Below are positions 46,324 through 57,177 of a DNA stretch of 64,000 nt, one piece after another. A model generated the notes under the pieces. That model had not been told where the DNA came from. It saw nothing but the letters and a program-made list of their open reading frames with translations, and searched no databases. The position numbers were made by a program, and so were the translations under genes. The stretch lies in assembly GCA_003484955.1 (NCBI GenBank), contig DMZH01000002.1:145700-209699 (forward strand), given 5' to 3'. Numbering within the stretch: position 1 is the stretch's first letter; each line of letters begins with the position of its first letter. The stretch comes from Candidatus Woesebacteria bacterium (GTDB lineage: Bacteria > Patescibacteriota > Microgenomatia > UBA8517).

Positions 46324-49300
46324 ATGTCTAAATTTGCCCATCTCCATGTTCACACAGAATATTCTCTCCTTGATGGCTTAAGCAACATTCCCAAACTCTT
46401 GACCTATGTAAAGGAAAACGAGATGGACTCTGTGGCAATTACCGATCATGGAGTAATGTACGGCGAAATTGAGTTTTACAAAGAGGCACAGAAACAGGGC
46501 GTCAAGCCGATAATTGGAATGGAAGGCTATATTACATCGGGAGACTTGAAGGATAGACCCGCAAGAGGACGGGTTAAAAATTATCACGTCATACTTTTAG
46601 CAAAAGACCATGAAGGATATCAAAATTTAATGAAAATTTCTTCGGTTGCCCACATCGACGGTTATTACTACCGACCACGAATGGACAGAAATACCCTTAA
46701 AAAATACTCTAAAGGGATAATCTGTTCTTCGGCGTGTCCCATGGGAGAGGTCGGGCAAGCTCTTTTGGAGGATAATTTTGATGAAGCTAAGAAAATCGTT
46801 TCCTGGTATTCAGATGTTTTCAAAGATGATTATTATTTGGAAATTCAAAGGCATGAATATGAAAAATGGATTGATAAGGCGGGAAACCAGGAAATTAAAA
46901 CGTATCTTACCGAAATGAGGGATAGTGAGAAAAAATGGAACAATGGAATTATCAAATTGAGCAGAGACCTGGGGATACCGCTTATGGCTACAAACGATGC
47001 TCATTATATAAAACCGGAAGATGCTACCGCACAAGATGCTCTTGTTTGTATTTCTACAGGCAAAACAATGGGTGACACAAAAAGAATGAGGTATATAGAT
47101 GCTCCCACTTTTTATCTAAGAACTCCCGATGAAATGAAAAATCTTTTTCCTGATGTTCCTGATGCATTGGAAAATACGGTAAAAATAGCTGAAAAATGTA
47201 ATTTGGAGATTACGCTTGGTAAATGGTATTTTCCAAAATTTGAGCTTCCCCAAGGAGTGACCGCCGATGAGGAATTAAGAAAGATGGCCAGAAATCTTTT
47301 GTCCGAAAAAGCCCCGGATACGGGCAAAGAAGGGAAAGAAAGACTGGAATATGAACTGGATATCATTTGCAAAAAGGGATATGCCCCGTATTTTTTGATA
47401 GTTCGCGACATTGTTCATTGGGCAAACAGCAAAGGAATTATTACCAATACAAGAGGATCTGCCGCCGGGAGTTTGGTTTCTTACGTTTTGGGTATTACTA
47501 CGGTTGATCCTCTTAAATACTACTTGCCTTTTGAAAGATTTTTGAATCCTTTCAGGCCATCTCCGCCGGATATTGACTTTGATGTGGCTGACGACCGCAG
47601 AAGCGACATTATTGGATATATAACAGATAAATATGGTAAAGAAAAAGTTGCCCAAATTTGCACTTTCGGAAGAATGTTAAGCCGCGCTGCCGTAAGAGAT
47701 GTCTCGAGGGTTTTGGGTTATCCATATTCCGTGGGAGATAAGATATCAAAAATGATTCCTCCGCCCAAGCAAGGTTTCCCGATAACAATAGATAAGGCAC
47801 TCGAGGAAGTTCCCGAATTGCGGACAATGTATGACACAGACACTGATACTAAAAAGGTTCTGGATTTGGCAATACAGATTGAGGGCAATGCCAGGCATGT
47901 TTCGGTTCACGCTGCGGGAGTTGTCGTTTCACCGAGTGAAATTACCGATTTTTCTCCGGTGCAAAAAGAACCTTCGGGAGACAAGATAATTACTCAGTAC
48001 GAAATGCATGCCTGTGAAGATGTTGGTTTAATTAAGTTTGACATTCTGGGAATAAGAAATTTATCCATACTTGGTGCAGCCGTAGATATTGTTAAAAAAG
48101 AGGTCGGAGTCAGTGTTGATCTGCATAGTATTCCTCTTGATGATAAAAAAACCTTCGACATGCTCGCAAGCGGCCAGACAATGGGTGTTTTCCAATTTGC
48201 CAGCGGTGGAATGACCAAGTACTTGGTTGAGCTTAAACCCACAAGAATAGAGGATCTCATGGCTATGGTTGCGCTTTATAGACCGGGTCCGATTTCTCAA
48301 ATTCCCGAATACATCAAAAGAAAACATAATTCCAAATTGGTTAAATATTTGGATCCCAGAATGGAAAAATTCCTTGGAATGTCTTATGGACTTATTGTCT
48401 ATCAGGATGATTTGCTTTTCTGCGCCCTTGATTTAGCCGGATATACCTGGGAAGAGGCTGACAAATTCAGAAAAGCAGTCGGTAAAAAAATTCCTGAAGA
48501 AATGGCCGCACAAAAGGAGAAATTTATTAAAGGTATTATTTCCAATGGCCAAACGGAGAGTTTTGCGGAAAACCTTTGGAAACTTTTTGAGCCTTTCCAA
48601 TCGTATGGTTTTAATAAAGCTCATGCAGCTTCATATGGAATGATTGCCTACCAAACCGCATATATGAAAGCAAACTATCCTGTTGAGTACATGGCAGCCC
48701 TTCTTACCGCAGAATCGGACGACAAAGAAAAAGTTTCGGCTGCAATTAACGAATGTAGGCGCATGAAGGTAAAGGTGCTTCCGCCGGACATAAACGAATC
48801 CGATATAGGATTTACCATTACGAACGATAAAGATTCATTGAACGGAAAAGCCATAAGGTTCGGACTTTCCGCGATCAAAAATGTGGGCCAAGCTGCAATT
48901 TCTTCAATTCTTTCTGCCAGAGCTGAAGGAAGGTTCGAATCTTTTGCCGGTTTTCTGGCAAGAGTTGATGGTAGAAAAATTAACAAAAGAGTATTGGAAA
49001 GTTTGATCAAGGTCGGCGCAATGTCCGCTTTCGGCGGCAGGGCAGCACTTCTTTCGGCAATGGACTCAATTCGTGATAAAGTCAGCGTACCTAAAAACGA
49101 TGACTTACAGCAAGGTCTTTTTGCAACAGGGGAACTTAAAAAAACCGAGGCCTCGACAGTTATAACAATTGCTAATATTCAGGAATTTCCGGATGAGGAG
49201 CTTGAGGCTCTTGAAAGACAACTACTGGGTTTTTCCCTAAGCGCTAAGCCGATTAGTGAGATTATCGGTCCCTTAGAGTTCCAATCTACCCATAAAATAA

Positions 49301-49800
49301 TTGAAATCATGGGTACCGAGATGCACGTGGATACTGTTCGGGTTGCCGCCGTTGTCGCAGGCGTTAGAGTTATTACGACTAAAAAAACAGGTGCTGAAAT
49401 GGCTTTTGCAAAGCTGGATGACGGAACCGGAACCATTGAGGTTGTTATTTTCCCTAAAACTTTTAAAGAAACAAGAGATTTTTGGAATGAGGGGCAGCCG
49501 CTTTTGGTAACCGGTAAAATTGACGTTCGTGACGAAACCCCGGGAATTATAGTTGATGCAATTGAAACGATAGGTAGCATCGGCGAGAAAAAATTCAGGG
49601 AAGTATATATGAATATTCCCAAGGACACCGATATAAATAGTCTCAAAAGGTTAAAGTTGCTACTCACTGAAAATATTGGGGATAAAGACGCTTACCTCGT
49701 TTTTGACGGAGGGCGAAATGTTAAGTTACCTTTCAAAATAAACTGGAATGAATCTCTTGCTCAAAAAATTAGCGACATCCTTGAAAACAAGTCTTCTTGA
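46324..49800 (+). CDS. dnaE: DNA polymerase III alpha subunit
   Basis: HLHVHTEYSLLDG, RGSAAGS, PDIDFD, FNKAHA, OB fold. Confidence 0.98.
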   Translation: MSKFAHLHVHTEYSLLDGLSNIPKLLTYVKENEMDSVAITDHGVMYGEIEFYKEAQKQGVKPIIGMEGYITSGDLKDRPARGRVKNYHVILLAKDHEGYQNLMKISSVAHIDGYYYRPRMDRNTLKKYSKGIICSSACPMGEVGQALLEDNFDEAKKIVSWYSDVFKDDYYLEIQRHEYEKWIDKAGNQEIKTYLTEMRDSEKKWNNGIIKLSRDLGIPLMATNDAHYIKPEDATAQDALVCISTGKTMGDTKRMRYIDAPTFYLRTPDEMKNLFPDVPDALENTVKIAEKCNLEITLGKWYFPKFELPQGVTADEELRKMARNLLSEKAPDTGKEGKERLEYELDIICKKGYAPYFLIVRDIVHWANSKGIITNTRGSAAGSLVSYVLGITTVDPLKYYLPFERFLNPFRPSPPDIDFDVADDRRSDIIGYITDKYGKEKVAQICTFGRMLSRAAVRDVSRVLGYPYSVGDKISKMIPPPKQGFPITIDKALEEVPELRTMYDTDTDTKKVLDLAIQIEGNARHVSVHAAGVVVSPSEITDFSPVQKEPSGDKIITQYEMHACEDVGLIKFDILGIRNLSILGAAVDIVKKEVGVSVDLHSIPLDDKKTFDMLASGQTMGVFQFASGGMTKYLVELKPTRIEDLMAMVALYRPGPISQIPEYIKRKHNSKLVKYLDPRMEKFLGMSYGLIVYQDDLLFCALDLAGYTWEEADKFRKAVGKKIPEEMAAQKEKFIKGIISNGQTESFAENLWKLFEPFQSYGFNKAHAASYGMIAYQTAYMKANYPVEYMAALLTAESDDKEKVSAAINECRRMKVKVLPPDINESDIGFTITNDKDSLNGKAIRFGLSAIKNVGQAAISSILSARAEGRFESFAGFLARVDGRKINKRVLESLIKVGAMSAFGGRAALLSAMDSIRDKVSVPKNDDLQQGLFATGELKKTEASTVITIANIQEFPDEELEALERQLLGFSLSAKPISEIIGPLEFQSTHKIIEIMGTEMHVDTVRVAAVVAGVRVITTKKTGAEMAFAKLDDGTGTIEVVIFPKTFKETRDFWNEGQPLLVTGKIDVRDETPGIIVDAIETIGSIGEKKFREVYMNIPKDTDINSLKRLKLLLTENIGDKDAYLVFDGGRNVKLPFKINWNESLAQKISDILENKSS

Positions 49801-49832
49801 AGATAAAGCCGATTTCTTGTACAATAACGGTC

Positions 49833-50201
49833 ATGGCATTAAAAATTTCGATTAAAGAAACAGAGTTTGGTGTCGGAGACAGAATCCGTGTTGTCCAAAA
49901 AGTAAAAGACGGAGACAAATCCCGTGAATCTATTTTTGAAGGAATGGTTATTTCTATAAAAGGCCGAGAACCCGGAAAGACTTTTTTGGTCAGAAGAATT
50001 GGTGAGGCCGGAATCGGAATTGAACGTATCTTTCCTGTTAACCTTCCTTCCATAGATAAAATCATTGTAGTTAAAAGAGGAACGGAAGGGGTCAAAAGAT
50101 CCAAGCTTTATTACACCAGACTTAAAGCCCCGACAGAGATAGAAATGATTTACAAGAAAGCCGGTAGTAGGATTAAGAGTGGCTCCAAAGGTAATAAGTA
50201 A
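49833..50201 (+). CDS. rplS: 50S ribosomal protein L19
   Basis: GDRIRV, FEG.VI, GIERIFP, SKLYY.R; ATG at 49833 preferred. Confidence 0.95.
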   Translation: MALKISIKETEFGVGDRIRVVQKVKDGDKSRESIFEGMVISIKGREPGKTFLVRRIGEAGIGIERIFPVNLPSIDKIIVVKRGTEGVKRSKLYYTRLKAPTEIEMIYKKAGSRIKSGSKGNK

Positions 50202-50292
50202 GGGAGAAAACCCCCGTCAATCTTCTTGCACACATGTTCCAGATCGTCTACATTGGATATATGAAGCTTTTAAAAGGGGGTGACACTAGACA

Positions 50293-50556
50293 ATGAATTC
50301 ATACTGGAATGGATATACAGGTGCTTTTGTTCCCGGGGTTTTGGCAGGCTGGCTGAGTATGTTTGTAATTCCAATTGCAATCTGGAGTCTATTTTGGATG
50401 GGTATGGCTCTTTGGAAAGCTGCCAGAAACGGAAGTAAAGCTTGGTTCATAGTTTTACTCTTGGTACACACATTGGGAATTTTGGATATTCTTTATATTT
50501 TTGTATTTTCCAAAATGGGTGAGGCTAAACCAAAGCTTAGTAAAAAATCAAAATAA
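50293..50556 (+). CDS. Small membrane protein (DUF5652-like)
   Basis: WSLFW.G.ALWKAARN..K.WF...L...TLGIL.I.Y. Confidence 0.75.
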   Translation: MNSYWNGYTGAFVPGVLAGWLSMFVIPIAIWSLFWMGMALWKAARNGSKAWFIVLLLVHTLGILDILYIFVFSKMGEAKPKLSKKSK

Positions 50557-50673
50557 CTCTTAATTGGATACTTTTTTGATTGGCAGTTTACTGTCACCAT
50601 AAACTTGTTCTTAGTTTAATTGTGATAAATGCCTGCCCGTTCTATTTCTTCCAATCCTGTTATAATGTAGCTA

Positions 50674-51189
50674 ATGTTAATCTTAGGAATTGATCCAGGA
50701 ACGGCCACGACTGGGTTTGGGCTTGTCAGACTTAACGGAAATGGAAATGAAGTGGTTGAGTGGGGACTCATCGAAACGGACAAAAGCCTTCTCAAAGAAA
50801 GACGCCTCGACTTTATTTTTGAAGAAACAGTAAGCCTCATTAACAGACACAAACCCGATGTTTTTGTCTTTGAAAAAATCTTTTTCTCCAATAATGCCAA
50901 AACTGCAATTGCCGTGGGACAAGCTCAGGGAGTAATGCTTTTGGCAGCCTCAAAAACCAAGGTTAGAGTTGAAGAATATGCACCTGGTACAATTAAAAAA
51001 ATGATTACGGGAAACGGTCGTGCAAACAAAAAGGATGTCCAAGCTTCAATTAGAAAGATTTTGGGAAATCGTGTAAAAAGCGCCAAGCATAAAAAGACTC
51101 ATTTTGACGATGCCGCCGATGCACTAGCCATTGCCCTAACTCATGCATTTAAAATTGGTGAAGGAAAGGGGGTGAGTGAAGCTGTTTAA
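50674..51189 (+). CDS. ruvC: Holliday junction resolvase RuvC
   Basis: ILGIDPG, G.G.A.K..V, DAADALAIA. Confidence 0.96.
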   Translation: MLILGIDPGTATTGFGLVRLNGNGNEVVEWGLIETDKSLLKERRLDFIFEETVSLINRHKPDVFVFEKIFFSNNAKTAIAVGQAQGVMLLAASKTKVRVEEYAPGTIKKMITGNGRANKKDVQASIRKILGNRVKSAKHKKTHFDDAADALAIALTHAFKIGEGKGVSEAV

Positions 51190-51427
51190 AATCGGTCACG
51201 TAGTCCATTTTTACGATAAAATCGGTGTAGCCATAGTTGAGCTTGATGGCACTCTTGCTGTAGGAGACAAAATTAAATTTAGCCGAGGAGGGGAAGACTT
51301 ATTTGAGCAAAATGTCGATTCGATCCAGATTGAACATGAAAAAAAGGATTCCGCAGGGAAAGGAGATGTGGTAGGATTGAAGACTAATGAGGAGGTTAAA
51401 GAAGGGGTCGAAGTTTTCAAAATTTAA
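51176..51427 (+). CDS. Small beta-barrel protein (EF-Tu domain 2 / U32 C-terminal-like)
   Basis: IG.V.HFYDKIGVA, L.VGD.I, Q.V.S.QIEH. Confidence 0.7.
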   Translation: MKLFKIGHVVHFYDKIGVAIVELDGTLAVGDKIKFSRGGEDLFEQNVDSIQIEHEKKDSAGKGDVVGLKTNEEVKEGVEVFKI

Positions 51428-51803
51428 TTGGCAGGAAGCTCCTGATATTAAAACGCGTGTTTTAACCTTAATGGAGGGGCTTCGGCTTGATTATCTTCTC
51501 GGAGAGAGACTGTTTTTTTACCGTTCTCAAGGATCAAAAGCCAGAGCCTATGCCAGGACTTGGGGTTTGCCTAAAATCTGGCAGCATGCGTTAGGAACAG
51601 AACCTGCTTATATAATTGAGGTCATTTCGGGGTATTTTGATAAACTTTCCCCAAAAGAACAGGACAAAGTACTTCTTCACGAAATAAGCCATATCCCAAA
51701 AAATTTTTCAGGGGCTTTGGTTCCTCACACCAGACACGGGAAAGGAAGTTTCAAAGGTAAACTTGAAATTTTAATTGATAAATATTTTGAAAGTTATGAC
51801 TAA
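51387..51803 (+). CDS. Putative metallopeptidase
   Basis: LLHEISHIP HExxH motif; exact start uncertain. Confidence 0.7.
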   Translation: MRRLKKGSKFSKFNWQEAPDIKTRVLTLMEGLRLDYLLGERLFFYRSQGSKARAYARTWGLPKIWQHALGTEPAYIIEVISGYFDKLSPKEQDKVLLHEISHIPKNFSGALVPHTRHGKGSFKGKLEILIDKYFESYD

Positions 51804-52478
51804 ATGAAAATAATTATTTTACATGGTGATGATATCGGAAAAAGTTATCTGCGCCTTAAAAAGTTTATTGATGTGGCAAGAGAGAGATCCTGGGAGGTCT
51901 CCTACATTGATGAATCCAATCAAAACTTTGAAGAGGTTTTATCGGCCTCATCGCTTTTTGGAACTGAACAGTTTTTTATTTTGAAAGACATAAAAAAACT
52001 TGGTAAAAAAGAATTTGTTTGGCTAAACAAAAAATATAAAGAACTTCCGGGAAATTTAATAATTTATTTTGAGGGCACGCTAAATGCCACCATACTTAAA
52101 AGTTTTCCGGATGATTCAAAAATTGAGGAGTTTAAACTTCCGGTACTTCTTTGGAATTTTCTTGACAACCTCATTCCAGGAAGGTCGGAATACTCAGTTA
52201 AAACTCTACACAAAATTCTGGAAAAAGAACCGGTTGAATTTGTTTTTTCCCTAATTGCGAGGCATTTTAAAGATCTTTACTGGGTCAAGGTAGATGCTGC
52301 CTCAACCGGATTTCCTTTTTGGAAAATGAATAAACTAAAATCTCAAACATCAAAATTTACCTCGGAAAAGTTACGACAGTTCATTGACCTTTTGAGTAAA
52401 ATGGATATCGAGGTAAAAACTTCAAAGGCAAATCTTGAAGATGAACTTGACCTTCTTATCATTAAACAATTAGAATGA
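51804..52478 (+). CDS. DNA polymerase III delta (HolA)-like protein
   Basis: IILHGDD, SLFG, C-terminal D.EVKT pattern. Confidence 0.65.
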   Translation: MKIIILHGDDIGKSYLRLKKFIDVARERSWEVSYIDESNQNFEEVLSASSLFGTEQFFILKDIKKLGKKEFVWLNKKYKELPGNLIIYFEGTLNATILKSFPDDSKIEEFKLPVLLWNFLDNLIPGRSEYSVKTLHKILEKEPVEFVFSLIARHFKDLYWVKVDAASTGFPFWKMNKLKSQTSKFTSEKLRQFIDLLSKMDIEVKTSKANLEDELDLLIIKQLE

Positions 52479-53842
52479 TAGCATCTGAAATGACAATCGA
52501 TTCTTCAATTTTTAAAGCATACGATATCAGAGGAATTTATCCCGGTTCCATTAACGAAGACATTGCTTACGCCATTGGTCAGGGCTACGCCGATTTTGCC
52601 AAACCTGAAGGGGAAGTGATGATAGGTATGGATATAAGACTTCATTCCAAGGCTCTCAAAGATAGCGTCATCAAGGGGCTTACAGATGCCGGCATCGATG
52701 TGGTGGATGTGGGCTTTATGTCAACCGATATGCTTTATTTCGGTGTCGGGAACTATAAATTCGGAGGGGGACTTCAATCTACCGCTTCACACAATCCTCC
52801 CGAGTGGCACGGCTTAAAAATGGTTGAAAAAGGCCCTACACCAATGACACTGGAGCACGGAATCGGACAAGTCCGCGATTTTGTACTTAGTGGTAAAACA
52901 GTTAACGCCGATAAAAAAGGCAGTGTCAGAAAAATGGACATCTGGGAAGACTACTGTAAGCACATTTTAAGTTGGATCGATGTCACCAAGATAAAACCCA
53001 TGAAAGTTGTATTAAATCCCAATTTTGGATTGGGAGGAAAAATATTTGAAAAAATTGTTGAAATGGGAAAACTTCCTCTAGAACTAATCAAATTAAACTT
53101 TGAACCAGATGGCAATTTCCCTAAAGGACGCCCTGATCCTTTCATCCCTGAAAACAGAGTGGAATTTTCAGAACTTGTCAAAACTAGCGGTGCTGATTTG
53201 GGAATCACTTGGGATGCCGATTCCGACCGGGTCTTCTTCTGTGCCGATGGCGGCCTTTTCGTTGAGCCGTATTTTTTGAACACAATACTTATCAAACAAA
53301 TGTTGAAAAAGCATCCCAATGAAAAGATTGTCTATGATCCCAGATATACATGGGCACTTCTGGATGCAATCAAAGAAAATGGAGGTACACCCACCATTAG
53401 TAGGGTTGGCCATTCCTACATTAAGGAGATTTTAAAGGGACAAAATGCACTTTTTGGGGCAGAAAGTAGCGGGCATACATACTATCGTGATTATTGGTAT
53501 TCGGATTGCGGCATGATCCCTCCGATGCAGGTTTTGGAGTATTTAAGTGAAACAGGAGAAAAACTGTCGAATATTATGGCGCCGGTACTTTCCAAATATT
53601 TTATATCCGGTGAAATTAACAGTGACGTATCCGATAAAGAGGGAAAAATGAACGAAATAGCCCAGAAGTATTCAGATGCCGAAGTCTCCAGACTCGACGG
53701 AGTGGCAGTTGAATATCCGGATTATCGTTTTTGCGTCAGGCCAAGCAATACAGAATCTCTTTTACGTCTGACTTTGGAAGCCAAATCAAAAGAGTTAATG
53801 GAACAAAAAAGAGACGAAGTTTTAGCAATAATCAGAAGTTAA
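52475..53842 (+). CDS. Phosphomannomutase/phosphoglucomutase
   Basis: FKAYDIRG, TASHNP, DADSDR, ESSGH, RPSNTE. Confidence 0.95.
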   Translation: MIASEMTIDSSIFKAYDIRGIYPGSINEDIAYAIGQGYADFAKPEGEVMIGMDIRLHSKALKDSVIKGLTDAGIDVVDVGFMSTDMLYFGVGNYKFGGGLQSTASHNPPEWHGLKMVEKGPTPMTLEHGIGQVRDFVLSGKTVNADKKGSVRKMDIWEDYCKHILSWIDVTKIKPMKVVLNPNFGLGGKIFEKIVEMGKLPLELIKLNFEPDGNFPKGRPDPFIPENRVEFSELVKTSGADLGITWDADSDRVFFCADGGLFVEPYFLNTILIKQMLKKHPNEKIVYDPRYTWALLDAIKENGGTPTISRVGHSYIKEILKGQNALFGAESSGHTYYRDYWYSDCGMIPPMQVLEYLSETGEKLSNIMAPVLSKYFISGEINSDVSDKEGKMNEIAQKYSDAEVSRLDGVAVEYPDYRFCVRPSNTESLLRLTLEAKSKELMEQKRDEVLAIIRS

Positions 53843-53843
53843 T

Positions 53844-54857
53844 ATGAAAGACTCTCTTGGAATTGAAAAAGCGTTGACACTTTTTCCCGATCAGCTTAAG
53901 GAAGCCTGGGGTCAGGCGACCTCAAATGATCTGCTAAAAATTACTTCCCAAAAGATAATAATTAGTGGAATGGGCGGCTCTTCACTCGCTGGAAGGATCA
54001 TTTCTTCCATTAATGAAAGTGGGGGTAATACCGAAATAGTTGTTTTTAATGATTACGGACTTCCCGGTTATGTTGATTCTTCCTGGACACTTATCGCTAA
54101 TAGTTATTCGGGTAATACCGAAGAGACTCTCTCGGCAATTGATGTAGCCAAATCCCGCGGGGTAAAAATTTACGCTGTATCAACCGGTGGCAAAATCGGA
54201 GAGATGATCAAATCCGGTGAAATTTACGGAGTAATTTTGACTCCTACCACAAATCCGTCTAATTACCCCAAATCAGCATTGGGAATTTCACTGGGCGGTC
54301 TTCTTGGCCTCATGTCCAAGGCGGGTGTGATTGGTTTAAGTGATGAAGAATTTCAAAAATCGATCGAGGAACTGATAGAGATCAGGAAAAATTGGGATGT
54401 AAAGTCAATGGCTCAAAAAATGAACCAGAAAATCCCTGCGCTTATTGCCGCGCGACCCTTACTAGGTTCTCTTCATGCGGGAAGAAATGTAATAAATGAA
54501 ATAGGCCGTACGTTTGCATCTTTCTTTGATCTACCGGAACTTGATCATCATTTGGTTGAAGCGACAATGTTCCCCAAAAATTTATTCAAAGATATTTATT
54601 ATTTATTTTTTGTAAGCGATTTATATTCTGAAAGAATTAAAACCAGAATCAAAATTACCAAAGATTTATTTGCGGAACAGGAACTAAATTTCGGTGAAAT
54701 AAAACTTACCGGTTCGAATTCTTTAACCCAGGCTTTTGAGATACCCCATTATTGCGCCTGGCTGGCATTTTACATTTCCGAACTGAACGGGGAGGATCCG
54801 GGACCAGAACCCTGGATTTTAAAACTTAAGAGTGAACTTTCCCAGCCTGTACACTAA
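53844..54857 (+). CDS. Bifunctional phosphoglucose/phosphomannose isomerase (SIS)
   Basis: GMGGS, SYSGNTEET, STGG, NE, PELDHH. Confidence 0.88.
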   Translation: MKDSLGIEKALTLFPDQLKEAWGQATSNDLLKITSQKIIISGMGGSSLAGRIISSINESGGNTEIVVFNDYGLPGYVDSSWTLIANSYSGNTEETLSAIDVAKSRGVKIYAVSTGGKIGEMIKSGEIYGVILTPTTNPSNYPKSALGISLGGLLGLMSKAGVIGLSDEEFQKSIEELIEIRKNWDVKSMAQKMNQKIPALIAARPLLGSLHAGRNVINEIGRTFASFFDLPELDHHLVEATMFPKNLFKDIYYLFFVSDLYSERIKTRIKITKDLFAEQELNFGEIKLTGSNSLTQAFEIPHYCAWLAFYISELNGEDPGPEPWILKLKSELSQPVH

Positions 54858-54902
54858 GCACCTCTTTACCTTTTAGCGTTTACCTTTTACCATGTATGTA
54901 GT

Positions 54903-57170
54903 ATGTCCAAGCTGCCCATTGTTGTAAACTTCCGCGATATTGGTAAATCCGATACCCCTCTTGTCGGTGGAAAAGGCGCCAATTTGGGAGAAATTTATAA
55001 TGCAGGTTTTCCTGTTCCACCCGGGTTTGCCATTACAGTCGTCGGGTACGACCTGTTTTTGAAAGAAAACGACTTAATCAACAAAATCTACAGCACTCTG
55101 AAGCCTCTTGATGTCAACGATCCGGCACAGCTAGAGCAAGCCGCCGGGAAAATTCGCAAACTAATTCTTAACGGCAAAATTCCGGATGAAGTTGCCCAAA
55201 AAACAATATCCGCTTACAAAAAACTATCCGGTTTTATGAAAAACGCCTTGGTTGCAGTCAGATCATCGGCAACAGCTGAAGACATGGCCGGCACAAGCTT
55301 TGCGGGTCAGCAGGAAACTTTCCTTGATATCAAAGGAGAAGCAAATTTGCTCAATGCGGTTAGAGGGTGTTGGGCATCTCTATTTTTAGGCCGTTCCATA
55401 TACTATCGCGTCGAAAATAAAATTCCACACGAAAAGGTTAAAATCTCCGTGGTTATCCAGAAAATGGTTCAAAGTGAAGTTTCCGGTGTTATGTTTTCTA
55501 TAGATCCTGTTAAAAACGATAAAGATAGAATAATTATCGAGTCGGTTTGGGGACTTGGCGAAATGATAGTACAGGGCTCGGTCGTACCTGACACATACGT
55601 GGTTCAAAAAGATACTTTTGCAATCCTTTCCAAAGAAATTTCAGATCAATCCATTCAGCTCGTCAAACTTAAAAATAAAACCAAAGAGGTTGAAGTGCCA
55701 AAACGTCTAAGAGATAAACAAAAAATTACGGATAAAGAAATAGTTGCTTTGGCAAAGTTTTCCGATAAACTTCAAAAGCATTATTATTTTCCACAGGATA
55801 CCGAGTGGGCGTTGGAAAATGGAAAGCTTTACATAGTTCAAACCAGACCGGTAACTACAGTTGCGCAAACTGCCAAGTCTGTAAAATTAAATAAGGGAAA
55901 TATTAAGATAGCAGAGGCCCCAATCTTAAGCGGAAGCCCGGCCTCTCCGGGTACGGGAACGGGTCCCGTGAGGATTCTCAAATCTCCCAAAGAAATCGAT
56001 AAAATTAAAAAGGGTGACGTATTGGTAGCCCCCATGACCTCTCCGGATTATGTTCCTGCAATGAAAAAGTCTGCCGCGATTGTAACCGACCAGGGCGGGC
56101 AAACATCACACGCTGCAATTGTTTCAAGAGAACTGGGGATTCCTTGCGTGGTAGGAACCGAAAACGCAACCAAAACTTTAAAAGATGGCCAAATAGTAAC
56201 GGTTGACGGAGAGCTGGGTAAAATCTTTTTAGGAGCAGGTATAAAGAAAACAGAAGAGGAAAAAGCCGAGGCGGTAAAGCCAAAATTCTCAAAAGTTAAA
56301 ACAGCAACAAAAGTCTATGTAAATTTGGCTCAACCCGAAAGGGCGGGGGAAATAGCTAAAATGAATGTCGACGGAGTCGGACTTCTCAGGGCCGAATTTA
56401 TGATTGCCAACATCGGAATTCATCCTAAAGAGGCAATTAAGAGAAAGGAACAAGGTAAATTTATTACAAAATTATCAAATGACCTTTTGGCATTTTGTAA
56501 AGCTTTCTACCCCAGACCCATTATTTATAGAGCGACGGACTTCAAAACCAATGAATATAGAAGTCTTGCGGGTGGAAAGTTTTGGGAACCTGTGGAACCC
56601 AATCCAATGCTTGGTTTTAGAGGAGCCTTCAGATATGTTGCAAACCCTGAAGTTTTTAACCTTGAACTTCAGGCTATTAAAAATGTCAGGGAAAAATATG
56701 AAAATTTACATTTAATGATTCCTTTTGTCAGGTCTCCCGAAGAGCTGTCGCGCGTAAGGCGCTTGGTTGCAAGCGGCGGACTTTTCGAAAAGCCTACTTT
56801 TAAGTTTTGGATGATGGTCGAAATTCCTGTGAACGTTATTCAAATTGAGGATTTTATAAAAGTCGGGATTGACGGAGTTTCTATTGGAAGCAATGATTTG
56901 ACAATGCTTATTGAAGGAACGGATAGAGATAACTCTGAAGTTGCCAGTGAATTTAACGAAATGACTCCGGCCGTTTTGTGGGCTTTAAAGCGGGTAATTA
57001 CAAAGTGCGATGAAGCGGGTGTTACGTCTTCGATTTGCGGTCAAGCACCCAGTGAATATGAAGATTTAGTTAAAAAGTTGGTCCGTTGGGGAATAACCAG
57101 TGTTTCGATTAACCCTGACTCTGTCGATAGAGTTCGTGGTATTGTCGCTGAAGCGGAAAAAGAAATATAA
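54903..57170 (+). CDS. ppsA: Phosphoenolpyruvate synthase
   Basis: GGKGANLGE, VRSSATAED, TSHAAIVSRE, NPMLGFRG. Confidence 0.96.
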   Translation: MSKLPIVVNFRDIGKSDTPLVGGKGANLGEIYNAGFPVPPGFAITVVGYDLFLKENDLINKIYSTLKPLDVNDPAQLEQAAGKIRKLILNGKIPDEVAQKTISAYKKLSGFMKNALVAVRSSATAEDMAGTSFAGQQETFLDIKGEANLLNAVRGCWASLFLGRSIYYRVENKIPHEKVKISVVIQKMVQSEVSGVMFSIDPVKNDKDRIIIESVWGLGEMIVQGSVVPDTYVVQKDTFAILSKEISDQSIQLVKLKNKTKEVEVPKRLRDKQKITDKEIVALAKFSDKLQKHYYFPQDTEWALENGKLYIVQTRPVTTVAQTAKSVKLNKGNIKIAEAPILSGSPASPGTGTGPVRILKSPKEIDKIKKGDVLVAPMTSPDYVPAMKKSAAIVTDQGGQTSHAAIVSRELGIPCVVGTENATKTLKDGQIVTVDGELGKIFLGAGIKKTEEEKAEAVKPKFSKVKTATKVYVNLAQPERAGEIAKMNVDGVGLLRAEFMIANIGIHPKEAIKRKEQGKFITKLSNDLLAFCKAFYPRPIIYRATDFKTNEYRSLAGGKFWEPVEPNPMLGFRGAFRYVANPEVFNLELQAIKNVREKYENLHLMIPFVRSPEELSRVRRLVASGGLFEKPTFKFWMMVEIPVNVIQIEDFIKVGIDGVSIGSNDLTMLIEGTDRDNSEVASEFNEMTPAVLWALKRVITKCDEAGVTSSICGQAPSEYEDLVKKLVRWGITSVSINPDSVDRVRGIVAEAEKEI

Positions 57171-57177
57171 TAATTTT